Shown here: piece by piece, positions 55,460-64,000 of the stretch
Position numbering within the stretch: the stretch's first letter is position 1
How the letters are laid out: every line of letters begins with the position of its first letter
Source: an uncultured Bacteroidales bacterium
GTDB lineage: Bacteria; Bacteroidota; Bacteroidia; Bacteroidales; FEN-979
DNA: 64,000 nucleotides
Direction of reading: 5' to 3'
Assembly (NCBI GenBank): GCA_903945175.1
Contig: CAJAUM010000052.1
Coordinates: forward strand, 1,113 to 65,112
Made by a program: the position numbers and the translations under genes
The notes under the pieces: generated by a model
Seen by the model: the letters and a program-made list of their open reading frames with translations, nothing else
Told to the model about the DNA's origin: nothing
The model's database searches: none

Positions 55460-58237
55460 TTACACAATCTGGAACTCATGTTCAGCGCAATGTAGCCGGC
55501 ATGAACTGTTGGCTTGTTCGCAGGTGCATCTCCCCAGTGCTTTTTCAACAATCAGTTTTTGCTGGATTTTATGCAATCTGGAAGAACCTGTAGCCGGACT
55601 TCCGCTGGCAGGGCGGGCTACATGATGCAAAGGTATCGCATTGAAATTGATGGATAGATGTTTCCATGCCCCCATGTTTACAGGTTCTTCCTGAACCCAT
55701 TCCCAATGGGGCGCCCCCGCATATTTTGTGATCAAAAGGGTCAATTGCTGCAAAGGAAGGGGGTACAGTTGTTCGAGCCTGATAACAGCCACATCATCTT
55801 TTTGCAGTTTCTCTTTTTCTTCAAGGATGTCATAATAAACTTTGCCCGAGCAGAGCACTACGCGGCGGATCTTCGCAGGATCAGCGGTAGCATCATCCAG
55901 CACTTCGCGGAACCCGCCTGTGGTGAAGTCTTCAATGGAAGAAACACACCGGGGATGACGAAGGAGGCTCTTGGGGGTAAAAACGACCAGTGGTTTGCGG
56001 AACGGCCAGTAGAGTTGGCGACGCAACACATGGAAGAAGCTGGCGGGTGTGCTGCAGTTCACGATCTGTATATTATGGTGCCCGCAAAGTGAAAGAAACC
56101 GTTCCAATCTGGCTGATGAATGCTCAGGTCCCTGCCCTTCATAACCATGGGGCAAAAGCATTACCAGACCATTCATTACTTTCCATTTATCTTCAGCACT
56201 GCTGATATACTGGTCGATAATCACCTGTGCTCCGTTACTGAAATCACCGAATTGAGCTTCCCAGATGGTCAGGTTGTTGGCAGTAGCCAATGCGTACCCA
56301 TAATCAAATCCCAGCACACCGTATTCTGAGAGGGGTGAATTGTAGATGCTTACCTTGCCCTGCGTTGCGGAGATGTGTTCAAGGGGAATAAATTTTTCTT
56401 CGGAATCCTCCACAGTAAGCACAGCATGTCGGTGACTAAAGGTTCCGCGCTGACAATCCTGCCCACTCAGCCGGACGGGATGGCCTTCATTCAACAGTGA
56501 CCCGTAGGCGAGCAGTTCGCCCATGGCCCAGTCAAGCTTTCCTGCCAGGAGCATGGCTTTCCTGTCATCCTGCATTTTGATGATTTTGCGAAAAAAAGTT
56601 TTTCCTTCGGGTAGTGCTGTCAGTTTAGAGCCGATCTCCAGCAGGGTTTTTTCCGGAATGGCCGTTACAGGAGAACTGATAAAATCCGCCTGCGTAGCTT
56701 TTCTAAATTGTTCCCACTGATTGCCCAGGAAGGGTGTAATATCTCCTTTGATGATTGACTTTGCCGCTTCAAATCCGTGGTCGAGGATCTCGTTGATTTC
56801 TTTTTTGACCTGCTGCACATTCATGGAGTCCAGGACATTTTCATCCTGCAGCTTTTTCAGATAAATTTCAAGTGGATCGGGATGTTGCTCGATGATCTTG
56901 TAGAGAACGGGTTGGGTAAAACGGGGTTCATCACTTTCGTTATGGCCATATTTGCGGTAGCCCAGCAGATCAATAAAAATATCTTTATGAAATTTCGCGC
57001 GGAATTCCATGGCAAGCTGTACCGTATAAACCACCGCTTCGACATCATCGGCATTTACATGGAAAACAGGCGATTGAATGGTCTTGGCGACATCGGTACA
57101 GTAAACGCTTGATCGGCCATCGAGATAATTCGTTGTAAAACCGATCTGGTTGTTGACTACCAGGTGGATGGTCCCTCCTGTTTTGTAACCATCGAGATCG
57201 GCCATCTGTACAAGTTCATAGATGATCCCCTGGCCGGAGATGGATGCGTCGCCGTGAATCAGGATGGGTGCGACTTTGCTGTTATCGCCCGAAAATGTAC
57301 CATCGATTTTTGCCCTGGAGATGCCTTCGACCACGGGGTCGACTGTTTCAAGGTGTGATGGATTGGGTGCCAGGGTGAGGTGGACTTTTTTGCCATTTCG
57401 GGTAATAACATCGTTCGAATAGCCAAGATGATATTTTACATCACCCAACAGGTCATCATCTTCATATTCCTTCCCTTCGAATTCAGAAAAAATCTGGGTG
57501 AATGGCTTGTGCATGATGTTTCCGAGCACATTTAACCGTCCGCGGTGGGCCATGCCAAGGAAAAATTCTTCGATGTTCAGTTCTGACCCTTTTTGGATGA
57601 CAGCATCCAGTGCAGGAATCAGAGATTCAACCCCTTCGAGCGAAAAACTCTTCTGGCCGGGAAATTTTTTGTGAATGAATTTTTCAAAAAGCACGCCATC
57701 AGCAAGTTTGCGAAGGATCAATTTTTTTTCTTCCAATGAAAAACTGGGGGTATTTCGGCCTGGCTCCATTTTTTCCTTGAACCACTCCACGATTTCCGGT
57801 CGGCGGATATAATGATATTCAACGCCGATTGATTGGCAATAGGTTTTTTGAAGATGGATGATGATATCTGCAAGTTTCGCATTGCCCATCCCGATCTCTT
57901 TGCCTGCCTGGAAGGTTTTCTGCAACTCGTCCTGTGCAAGACCGAAATTTTCAAGATCGAGGGTTGGCGAATATTTTCGGCGGGTTCGCACCGGATTGGT
58001 CTTCGTGAAAAGATGTCCGCGGGAACGATATCCATTTATCAGGTTGATCACCTTAAATTCATTGGGGACAACATATGAATGGCCCTGTTCTGCTTTAAAA
58101 TTGGTCTGGCAGAATTCAAATCCTTCGAAAAACTTACGCCAGCTTTCATCCACCGAAGCAGGATCCTGCTGGTATTGTTCATACAATCCGTCGATTACGG
58201 AGTTGTCGGGTTGATTCAGGTAATTGAATTTATCCAT
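55460..58237 (-). CDS. sucA: 2-oxoglutarate dehydrogenase E1 component
   Basis: 925 aa. It has TPP-binding and transketolase-like regions typical of SucA. An unusual Cys-rich tail of about 24 aa (RCTCEQANSSCRLHCAEHEFQIV) sits at the C-terminus. Confidence 0.9.
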   Translation of the reverse strand: MDKFNYLNQPDNSVIDGLYEQYQQDPASVDESWRKFFEGFEFCQTNFKAEQGHSYVVPNEFKVINLINGYRSRGHLFTKTNPVRTRRKYSPTLDLENFGLAQDELQKTFQAGKEIGMGNAKLADIIIHLQKTYCQSIGVEYHYIRRPEIVEWFKEKMEPGRNTPSFSLEEKKLILRKLADGVLFEKFIHKKFPGQKSFSLEGVESLIPALDAVIQKGSELNIEEFFLGMAHRGRLNVLGNIMHKPFTQIFSEFEGKEYEDDDLLGDVKYHLGYSNDVITRNGKKVHLTLAPNPSHLETVDPVVEGISRAKIDGTFSGDNSKVAPILIHGDASISGQGIIYELVQMADLDGYKTGGTIHLVVNNQIGFTTNYLDGRSSVYCTDVAKTIQSPVFHVNADDVEAVVYTVQLAMEFRAKFHKDIFIDLLGYRKYGHNESDEPRFTQPVLYKIIEQHPDPLEIYLKKLQDENVLDSMNVQQVKKEINEILDHGFEAAKSIIKGDITPFLGNQWEQFRKATQADFISSPVTAIPEKTLLEIGSKLTALPEGKTFFRKIIKMQDDRKAMLLAGKLDWAMGELLAYGSLLNEGHPVRLSGQDCQRGTFSHRHAVLTVEDSEEKFIPLEHISATQGKVSIYNSPLSEYGVLGFDYGYALATANNLTIWEAQFGDFSNGAQVIIDQYISSAEDKWKVMNGLVMLLPHGYEGQGPEHSSARLERFLSLCGHHNIQIVNCSTPASFFHVLRRQLYWPFRKPLVVFTPKSLLRHPRCVSSIEDFTTGGFREVLDDATADPAKIRRVVLCSGKVYYDILEEKEKLQKDDVAVIRLEQLYPLPLQQLTLLITKYAGAPHWEWVQEEPVNMGAWKHLSINFNAIPLHHVARPASGSPATGSSRLHKIQQKLIVEKALGRCTCEQANSSCRLHCAEHEFQIV

Positions 58238-58273
58238 GCTAAATGATTGTCATTTCAGGTTCAAATATATTGC

Positions 58274-58281
58274 TATTTTTG
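58274..58281 (+). promoter_or_regulatory. -7 box TATTTTTG for the M20 dipeptidase gene
   Basis: Perfect TAnnTTTG, 21 nt upstream of ATG 58302. This supports the trimmed start. Confidence 0.5.
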
Positions 58282-58301
58282 CTGCTATAAAAATTGTATC
58301 C

Positions 58302-59675
58302 ATGGAACATGTCAAAGATTACATTGCTTTAAATAAGGACCGCTTTTTACAGGAATTATTCGGATTGATCCGCATCCCTTCGATCAGTTCTGATGCCGAG
58401 CATAAAGACGATATGCTGCATGCTGCCGAATACTGGCGCAAATCATTGCGTGAGGCTGGGTGTGATAAAAGTGAGATTTTCCCCACAGAAGGAAATCCGA
58501 TCGTATATGGCGAAAAGATTATTGATCCTGCATTGCCGACCGTTCTTGTATATGGCCATTATGATGTAATGCCGGTGGATCCGGTTGATTTGTGGGAATC
58601 CCGGCCATTCAAGCCTGAAGTGCGCGATGGTAAAATTTTTGCGCGCGGTGCGGATGACGACAAGGGCCAGGCCTTCATGCATGCCAAAGCCTTTGAACTG
58701 ATGGTTCGTACCAATACCCTTCCTTGCAATGTGAAATTCATGATTGAGGGGGAGGAGGAGGTGGGCTCCATGCATATCGGTGGCTTTTGTTTGGAATATA
58801 AGGAGATGTTGAAATCAGATATCATCCTGGTTTCCGATACCAGTATGATAGGGCTGCAAAACCCATCGATCACGGTTGGGTTGCGTGGACTGGCCTATAT
58901 GCAGGTTGAGGTTACCGGACCCAATATCGATCTCCATTCGGGAATCTTTGGCGGCGCTGTTGCCAATCCGATCAATGCGCTTACCAAAATGATCGCCTCT
59001 CTGACCGATGATCAGGGGCGAATCACCATACCCGGGTTCTATGACGAAGTTGTGGAGATTTCACGGGCAGAACGCGATGAAATGGCCAAGGCCCCATTTG
59101 ATGAGGCAGCTTACAGGAAAAAACTGGATGTGGCTGAACTGTATGGAGAGTCGGGTTATTCGACCAAAGAACGTACGGGGATCCGCCCGACATTGGATGT
59201 GAATGGAATCTGGGGTGGATTTACTGCCGAGGGATCAAAAACCGTATTGCCATCCAAAGCCTATGCGAAAATTTCCATGCGTCTGGTCCCTAACCAGGAT
59301 TCTGTAAAAATTGGTCAGCTTTTTGAAAAACATTTTATTTCGATAGCGCCCAAAACAGTGAAGGTCAAAGTGCAGGCGCTTCATGGCGGGCAGGCCTATG
59401 TATCACCCATTGATACCATTGGCTTTCAGGCAGCAAGCCGGGCTATTGAAGCTACCCTGGGTAAAAAGCCGATACCGGTCCGCAGCGGGGGAAGCATTCC
59501 GATTATCCCTCAATTCGAAGAAATTCTGGGTATTAAAACGATTTTATTGGGATTTGGCCTTGAATCAGATGCTTGTCACTCTCCCAATGAGAATTTTCCC
59601 CTTGATAACTTCTTTAAAGGAATAGAGACAATACCCTATTTCTATAAGTATTTTACGGAGATGTTTGGGAAATAG
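58302..59675 (+). CDS. M20-family dipeptidase
   Basis: Start trimmed to ATG 58302. LIRIPSISS, YGHYDVMP, ARGADDDKGQ, IEGEEEVGS. Confidence 0.85.
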   Translation: MEHVKDYIALNKDRFLQELFGLIRIPSISSDAEHKDDMLHAAEYWRKSLREAGCDKSEIFPTEGNPIVYGEKIIDPALPTVLVYGHYDVMPVDPVDLWESRPFKPEVRDGKIFARGADDDKGQAFMHAKAFELMVRTNTLPCNVKFMIEGEEEVGSMHIGGFCLEYKEMLKSDIILVSDTSMIGLQNPSITVGLRGLAYMQVEVTGPNIDLHSGIFGGAVANPINALTKMIASLTDDQGRITIPGFYDEVVEISRAERDEMAKAPFDEAAYRKKLDVAELYGESGYSTKERTGIRPTLDVNGIWGGFTAEGSKTVLPSKAYAKISMRLVPNQDSVKIGQLFEKHFISIAPKTVKVKVQALHGGQAYVSPIDTIGFQAASRAIEATLGKKPIPVRSGGSIPIIPQFEEILGIKTILLGFGLESDACHSPNENFPLDNFFKGIETIPYFYKYFTEMFGK

Positions 59676-59682
59676 CGAAACA

Positions 59683-61791
59683 CTACTTTTGCTGCTGTTT
59701 TTTGAAATTTTCTGATGCGATATCCAAAAAGTTAACAAAGGCATCAATGTCGAGGTTATAGGCTCGCGGTGTGGTTAGCAGGTTCCCGGCAGTATCCAAC
59801 ATTACATAATAGGGCTGCGAATTAACATTGAACCGGGTGATCTGAAGATCTGCAAATATTTTCCCAATGGTTTTCTTTACTTTTTTATCGTATTTTGAGG
59901 TGATCCATTCATTTTCAGGAAGTTCTGTTTTGTCGTCCACATAGAGGGCGGTGACGATAAAATTTTCACGAAGGCGTTTCAGCACTTTCGGATCAGACCA
60001 TACATTGGCCTCCATTTCACGGCAATTGACACATCCATGACCTGTAAAATCGATGAAGATCGGTTTATTCTGCCGTTTTGCACAGGCGAGGGCCTGGTTG
60101 AAATCAAAGTAACCTTGCAGTCCGTGGGGAAGTTTCAGAAAATCTTCATATTTTGGTTTGTCGCACAGGGAGGATGGTGACTGACCAGTTCCGCCGCCAG
60201 CGGGAATGGAAGCTACCTCAGTTTTTACAATGGCATTGATGTCAAAATCCTGATAGGTGGCAGGCGGGAGGTATCCTGACAAGGCTTTAAGGGGGGCTCC
60301 CCACATGCCGGGGATCATATATACCACAAAGGCGAAGACGATGATGGCCAGGGTGATCCTGGGGACGCTGATGAAGGGCTGATCTGAATCGTGGTTGAAT
60401 TTTAATTTTCCGAGAAGATATAATCCCATGAGAAAGAAGATCACGATCCAGAAGGCAAGATAGACTTCGCGATCGAGAATGTGCCAATGGTATGTCTGGT
60501 CAGCAATGCTCAGGAATTTCAAGCCCAGTGCCAGTTCAAGAAAACCGAGGACCACCTTCACGGAGTTGAGCCACCCTCCTGACTTTGGAAGACCGGAAAG
60601 CCAGGACGGGAAAAAGGCAAAAAGTCCGAAAGGAAGTGCAAAGGCCAATGAAAACCCGAGCATCCCTATGATGGGCATCAGGATGTCCCCTCCGGCTGAT
60701 TTGACGAGAAGCGCTCCAACAATAGGACCAGTGCATGAAAATGAAACAAGTACCAGCGTGAAAGCCATGAAAAATGCACCGGCGTACCCACCTCGGTCGG
60801 CCTGTTTATCAGCTTTATTTACAATCCAGCTTGGCAGGGTGATCTCGAACATTCCCAGGAAGGATGCAGCAAAAACCATGAAAATTATGAAGAAAAAAAC
60901 ATTGGGAATCCAGTGGGTACTGATGAAATTGTTAAAATTCGCACCCAGTGTTACAGCGACAAGAACTCCCAGGAGCATGTAGATAACAATGATGGAGAGT
61001 CCATAAACAATGGCTTCCATCTTTGCTTTTCGTTTGCTCGTTGTATCGTGCATAAAGAAGGTCACCGTCATCGGGATCATCGGGAAAACGCAGGGGGTGA
61101 CGATGGCCAATAATCCGGCTAAAAAGGAGATGAAGAAAAACCAAAGCAGTGATTCCCCTGCTGCTTTGTCGGCATCAGTTTGACCAAGTTTGACCTGTTC
61201 ACTTTTTTTCACCGCAGAATCGGCTTTGGCCGTTGCGACGGCTGCATTTTTTGTTGAATCCTGTTGTGTAGCGGTGGGTGTTGGGGGCTCTTTTACTACA
61301 GCAACAGGAGCGTCTGCAGTCGGATTTCCCCTTACCGTAAGGTTAAACTCTACATCATTGGGAGGCAAACATTGCTTGTCGTCACAGCACATGAAGTTAA
61401 CAACCCCCTTAACAACAAAGTCCTTTTGGCTTAAAATCTTGATTTTCTGCTTAAATACTACTTTGTCGGCAAAAAACTTCAGGATCATGTCGAAATTGGG
61501 ATCGTTCTCCTCAATCGCCTTGGGTTCCTTGACCTTCCCGATCAATTCGAAATTTTTACTGGCAGTGAACGAAAAGGTTGTCGGGATCGGAGCGCCATTC
61601 GGACCACCCTGCGGAACATCCTGTGAATAGAGATGCCAGTTCTTATCGGCTTTGGCAATCAGAAGCAACGTGGCTTCACCAGGACTTGTCTGCTCAACTT
61701 TGAAGGTCCATTTAACGGGGTCAAGGATTTGAGAGAAAGAGATCAGTGGAAGTAACACCAGGGCCAGCAGGCCGATCAGATTTTTATTCAT
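59683..61791 (-). CDS. dsbD: Thiol:disulfide interchange protein DsbD-like
   Basis: N-terminal DsbD-alpha-like domain, a CcdA-type TM core (TPCVFPMIP), and a C-terminal thioredoxin fold with GHGCVNC. Confidence 0.85.
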   Translation of the reverse strand: MNKNLIGLLALVLLPLISFSQILDPVKWTFKVEQTSPGEATLLLIAKADKNWHLYSQDVPQGGPNGAPIPTTFSFTASKNFELIGKVKEPKAIEENDPNFDMILKFFADKVVFKQKIKILSQKDFVVKGVVNFMCCDDKQCLPPNDVEFNLTVRGNPTADAPVAVVKEPPTPTATQQDSTKNAAVATAKADSAVKKSEQVKLGQTDADKAAGESLLWFFFISFLAGLLAIVTPCVFPMIPMTVTFFMHDTTSKRKAKMEAIVYGLSIIVIYMLLGVLVAVTLGANFNNFISTHWIPNVFFFIIFMVFAASFLGMFEITLPSWIVNKADKQADRGGYAGAFFMAFTLVLVSFSCTGPIVGALLVKSAGGDILMPIIGMLGFSLAFALPFGLFAFFPSWLSGLPKSGGWLNSVKVVLGFLELALGLKFLSIADQTYHWHILDREVYLAFWIVIFFLMGLYLLGKLKFNHDSDQPFISVPRITLAIIVFAFVVYMIPGMWGAPLKALSGYLPPATYQDFDINAIVKTEVASIPAGGGTGQSPSSLCDKPKYEDFLKLPHGLQGYFDFNQALACAKRQNKPIFIDFTGHGCVNCREMEANVWSDPKVLKRLRENFIVTALYVDDKTELPENEWITSKYDKKVKKTIGKIFADLQITRFNVNSQPYYVMLDTAGNLLTTPRAYNLDIDAFVNFLDIASENFKKQQQK

Positions 61792-61812
61792 TCAAAGAAA
61801 ATTTTGAAGCCG

Positions 61813-61820
61813 CAAAGTTA
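61813..61820 (-). promoter_or_regulatory. -7 box TAACTTTG for dsbD
   Basis: Perfect TAnnTTTG, 22 nt upstream of ATG 61791. The 8-bp repeat array begins 9 nt further upstream. Confidence 0.5.
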
Positions 61821-61828
61821 TGGAAAAA

Positions 61829-61863
61829 AGGTAACAAGGTAACAAAGTGACGAGGTAACAAGG
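61829..61863. repeat. 8-bp tandem repeat array (AGGTAACA/AAGTGACG), inverse orientation of the 15955 array
   Basis: AGGTAACA AGGTAACA AAGTGACG AGGTAACA AGGG. Degenerate GTNAC-containing units continue into the last 8 codons of tilS (VTNVTCDT). Confidence 0.85.
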
Positions 61864-61873
61864 GAAAATTCTA

Positions 61874-63226
61874 TCACGTGTCGCACGTTACGTTTGTCAC
61901 GATATTTAATATCTGTTTTGTTTTCGCCGTAATCCTGAACCGGTGATCAATGCGATGGCCAACTACCCATACAATATGATTACCTGAGCATAACAGCCAG
62001 CAGTTTTCTTTATCAGGCAGTGAGAACTTCTGATCGATAAAAAAATCACTCAGTTTTTTCTTTCTGTTCAGCCCAAACGGATAGAAAACATCCCCTGGTT
62101 CCCATTTCCTGAGGATCAGCGGGAAGAAAATTTTATCGCAATCGAGGCTTGCAATGTTGTTTGAGGATGGGATTTTGTAATGCGATGGGTCATTGATTTT
62201 TTCCAATAATAACGGGATGGGGTGTTTCAATGATTTCCGTCTTATGAATTGGTGGAGGGTTACATGTTTTGGTTCGTTTTTCCCAGGAACAGGAAGTGGC
62301 TGAATGATCAATTGCAACCTGTTTTTAACGGCCCGGTGGGTGGGGGATAGGAATATCTTACCATGTCCCCTGCTGAGGCTTTGAACGATGTTGTTCACCT
62401 GGCTTTGATTAAATCCGAAAGGAGAAAGCAATTCCCAGGTGAGGGTCAATAGGGGGGTGGCATCACGGAGGGCCGGAATATCAATGATAAAACCGAGCCC
62501 GGTCTCTTGCATTACTTTTTTTTTCCAATTGACAATCGCCTGATCAGCAATCAATTCAATATCGTTGATCCTGTTAATGGCCGATGTGAGCTGGTGATTG
62601 AAATCAGGGTTCATTTCATTTATTACCGGGATCAGCTCATGCCTGATTTTATTCCTGAGGTATTTTGTTGAGGCATTGCTGCTGTCGGACCGGTAATGTA
62701 AATGGTTGGCCATTGCATAATCCTCAATTTGTTTTCTGTAAATAAACAGGAGGGGGCGAATCACCTTTCCATACTTAACGGGAATGCCATGCAGTCCCGA
62801 AATTCCTGTCCCCCGGATAAGGTTGATAAAAAATGTCTCGATCTGATCATCGAGGTGATGAGCCGTTGCGATGAAGTCATATTTTTGACTGCTGCAAAGA
62901 TCTTCAAACCAGCCATACCGGAGCTCCCTTGCCGCCATTTGAACGGAGATACCCTTTTGTTTTGAATAATCAGCAGCAGGGAACCGCTGAACATGGAAAG
63001 GTACGCTGTATTTTTTTGCAAGGGCTGCAACGAATTGCTCATCCCCATCACTTTCTGCGCCCCTTAATCCGAAGTTGCAATGGGCCATACCGAACTTAAA
63101 TCCATGACGATGAAACAGGTTTGCCATCACCACAGAGTCGACGCCACCACTTACAGCAAGAAGGATCTTGTCGGTTTTACGACATAAATCATGATGCTCG
63201 ATATGTTTTATAAAATCAGTGTACAT
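61874..63226 (-). CDS. tilS: tRNA(Ile)-lysidine synthase
   Basis: PP-loop LLAVSGGVDSVVM, plus TilS substrate-binding and C-terminal domains. Confidence 0.9.
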   Translation of the reverse strand: MYTDFIKHIEHHDLCRKTDKILLAVSGGVDSVVMANLFHRHGFKFGMAHCNFGLRGAESDGDEQFVAALAKKYSVPFHVQRFPAADYSKQKGISVQMAARELRYGWFEDLCSSQKYDFIATAHHLDDQIETFFINLIRGTGISGLHGIPVKYGKVIRPLLFIYRKQIEDYAMANHLHYRSDSSNASTKYLRNKIRHELIPVINEMNPDFNHQLTSAINRINDIELIADQAIVNWKKKVMQETGLGFIIDIPALRDATPLLTLTWELLSPFGFNQSQVNNIVQSLSRGHGKIFLSPTHRAVKNRLQLIIQPLPVPGKNEPKHVTLHQFIRRKSLKHPIPLLLEKINDPSHYKIPSSNNIASLDCDKIFFPLILRKWEPGDVFYPFGLNRKKKLSDFFIDQKFSLPDKENCWLLCSGNHIVWVVGHRIDHRFRITAKTKQILNIVTNVTCDT

Positions 63227-63291
63227 TGTTTTGCCTGCAAAGCTTCAACATTCAAATTTGATGCAAAATGGCTGGCAAGCAAGTGAAAAAC

Positions 63292-64000
63292 TTAAATCTC
63301 CCAGGTATCGCCTGAATTTAGCAGGTCATCAACATTCCGGATTTTTGAAGTTTGCCTGGCATATTTAATTTGCTCTTCCACGAGATCATCATAGGTGGGA
63401 TACATGGCTGAACGAATAACACCGAATACCATTGGAAAGTTGGGAGGGGCCAGTTTGGCCAGCATGAGCTGGATTCCCGGATCCTGACTATATTGGTCAT
63501 GAACGAGGATATCTTCCGCAGTGATGCCATTTTTTCCGATTTCCACCACCTCAAGCCTGGTATCCTTCAGAATGAGTCCCTTTTCATTGTTCTTTCCGAA
63601 AAGCATCGGTGCGCCATTCTTCAGGATAAGCATTGTTTCGTCTTTCACCTCTTTCCCTGTAACGCAGGCATGGGCTTTGTCTGCAAAGATGATGCAATTC
63701 TCCATGATCTCAGTCACGGATGTTCCATCATGCTTGGCCGCTTCAAACATGCATTCGGTCATCAGGGCAATGTTGTTGTCCGGAACCCGGGCAAAGAAGG
63801 TTCCCTGGGCGCCCATCACCAGTTCCCCGATGTTGAATGGATGTTCGATGGTTCCCATGGGTGAGGTTTTGGTGACCTTTCCCATCGGGGTAGTTGGTGA
63901 AAATTGTCCTTTGGTTAGCCCGTAGATCTGGTTGTTGAACAACAGGATATTCAGGTCAACATTGCGCCGGATCACATGGATGAAATGGTTTCCTCCGATT
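63292..64000 (-). CDS. 2-oxoacid:ferredoxin oxidoreductase beta subunit (3' part; 5' end beyond the window)
   Basis: ...IGGNHFIHVIRRNVDLNILLFNNQIYGLTKGQFSPT is the TPP-binding beta-subunit signature. The reading frame stays open to the window edge. Confidence 0.85.
   Translation of the reverse strand, partial: IGGNHFIHVIRRNVDLNILLFNNQIYGLTKGQFSPTTPMGKVTKTSPMGTIEHPFNIGELVMGAQGTFFARVPDNNIALMTECMFEAAKHDGTSVTEIMENCIIFADKAHACVTGKEVKDETMLILKNGAPMLFGKNNEKGLILKDTRLEVVEIGKNGITAEDILVHDQYSQDPGIQLMLAKLAPPNFPMVFGVIRSAMYPTYDDLVEEQIKYARQTSKIRNVDDLLNSGDTWEI

Overview
About 64 kb of a Bacteroidota chromosome. The assignment rests on T9SS type-A and type-B C-terminal sorting domains, TAnnTTTG -7 promoter boxes 20-60 nt upstream of most starts, the nadK-DUF6089-uppS-bamA-skp-skp block and a DUF2723 protein. 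I call about 49 protein genes, 2 tRNAs (Val-TAC, Gln-TTG), 2 pseudogene remnants, several intrinsic terminators and a few short repeats. Most of the window is housekeeping: dnaX, upp, lepA, relA/spoT, fur-purA, rimP-nusA-infB, lgt, dprA, rsgA, nadK, uppS, bamA, nadB, sucA/sucB, dsbD, tilS and a partial korB. There are three accessory patches. (1) 1-6.7 kb lies on the 3' side of tRNA-Val. It holds a clean two-gene unit, an NHLP-leader RiPP precursor plus a 931-aa GLUG-repeat T9SS cargo, bracketed by two copies of the same terminator module. It also holds a small ORF with an AP-x-TP-x-x-A-x-F motif, Bor-like and other lipoproteins, and about 1.4 kb of decayed, AT-rich non-coding DNA. (2) 30.5-32.5 kb lies on the 3' side of tRNA-Gln. 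It holds a secreted protein with four copies of the same motif behind a G9 tract, a membrane-anchored protein and a frameshifted Bro-N-type antirepressor pseudogene. (3) A T9SS cargo gene and a tiny lipoprotein gene are wedged between sucA and sucB. The most interesting item is the stand-alone NHLP precursor, which has no maturase or exporter anywhere in the window. Other items worth checking: an 8-bp GTNAC-type tandem repeat family at two loci, an E. coli-type A_AAA_AAG slippery site in dnaX, a terminator-like hairpin in the rimP-nusA-infB leader, and an extended promoter motif shared by translation-apparatus genes. I saw no CRISPR array, rRNA, intact mobile element or recognisable defence system.
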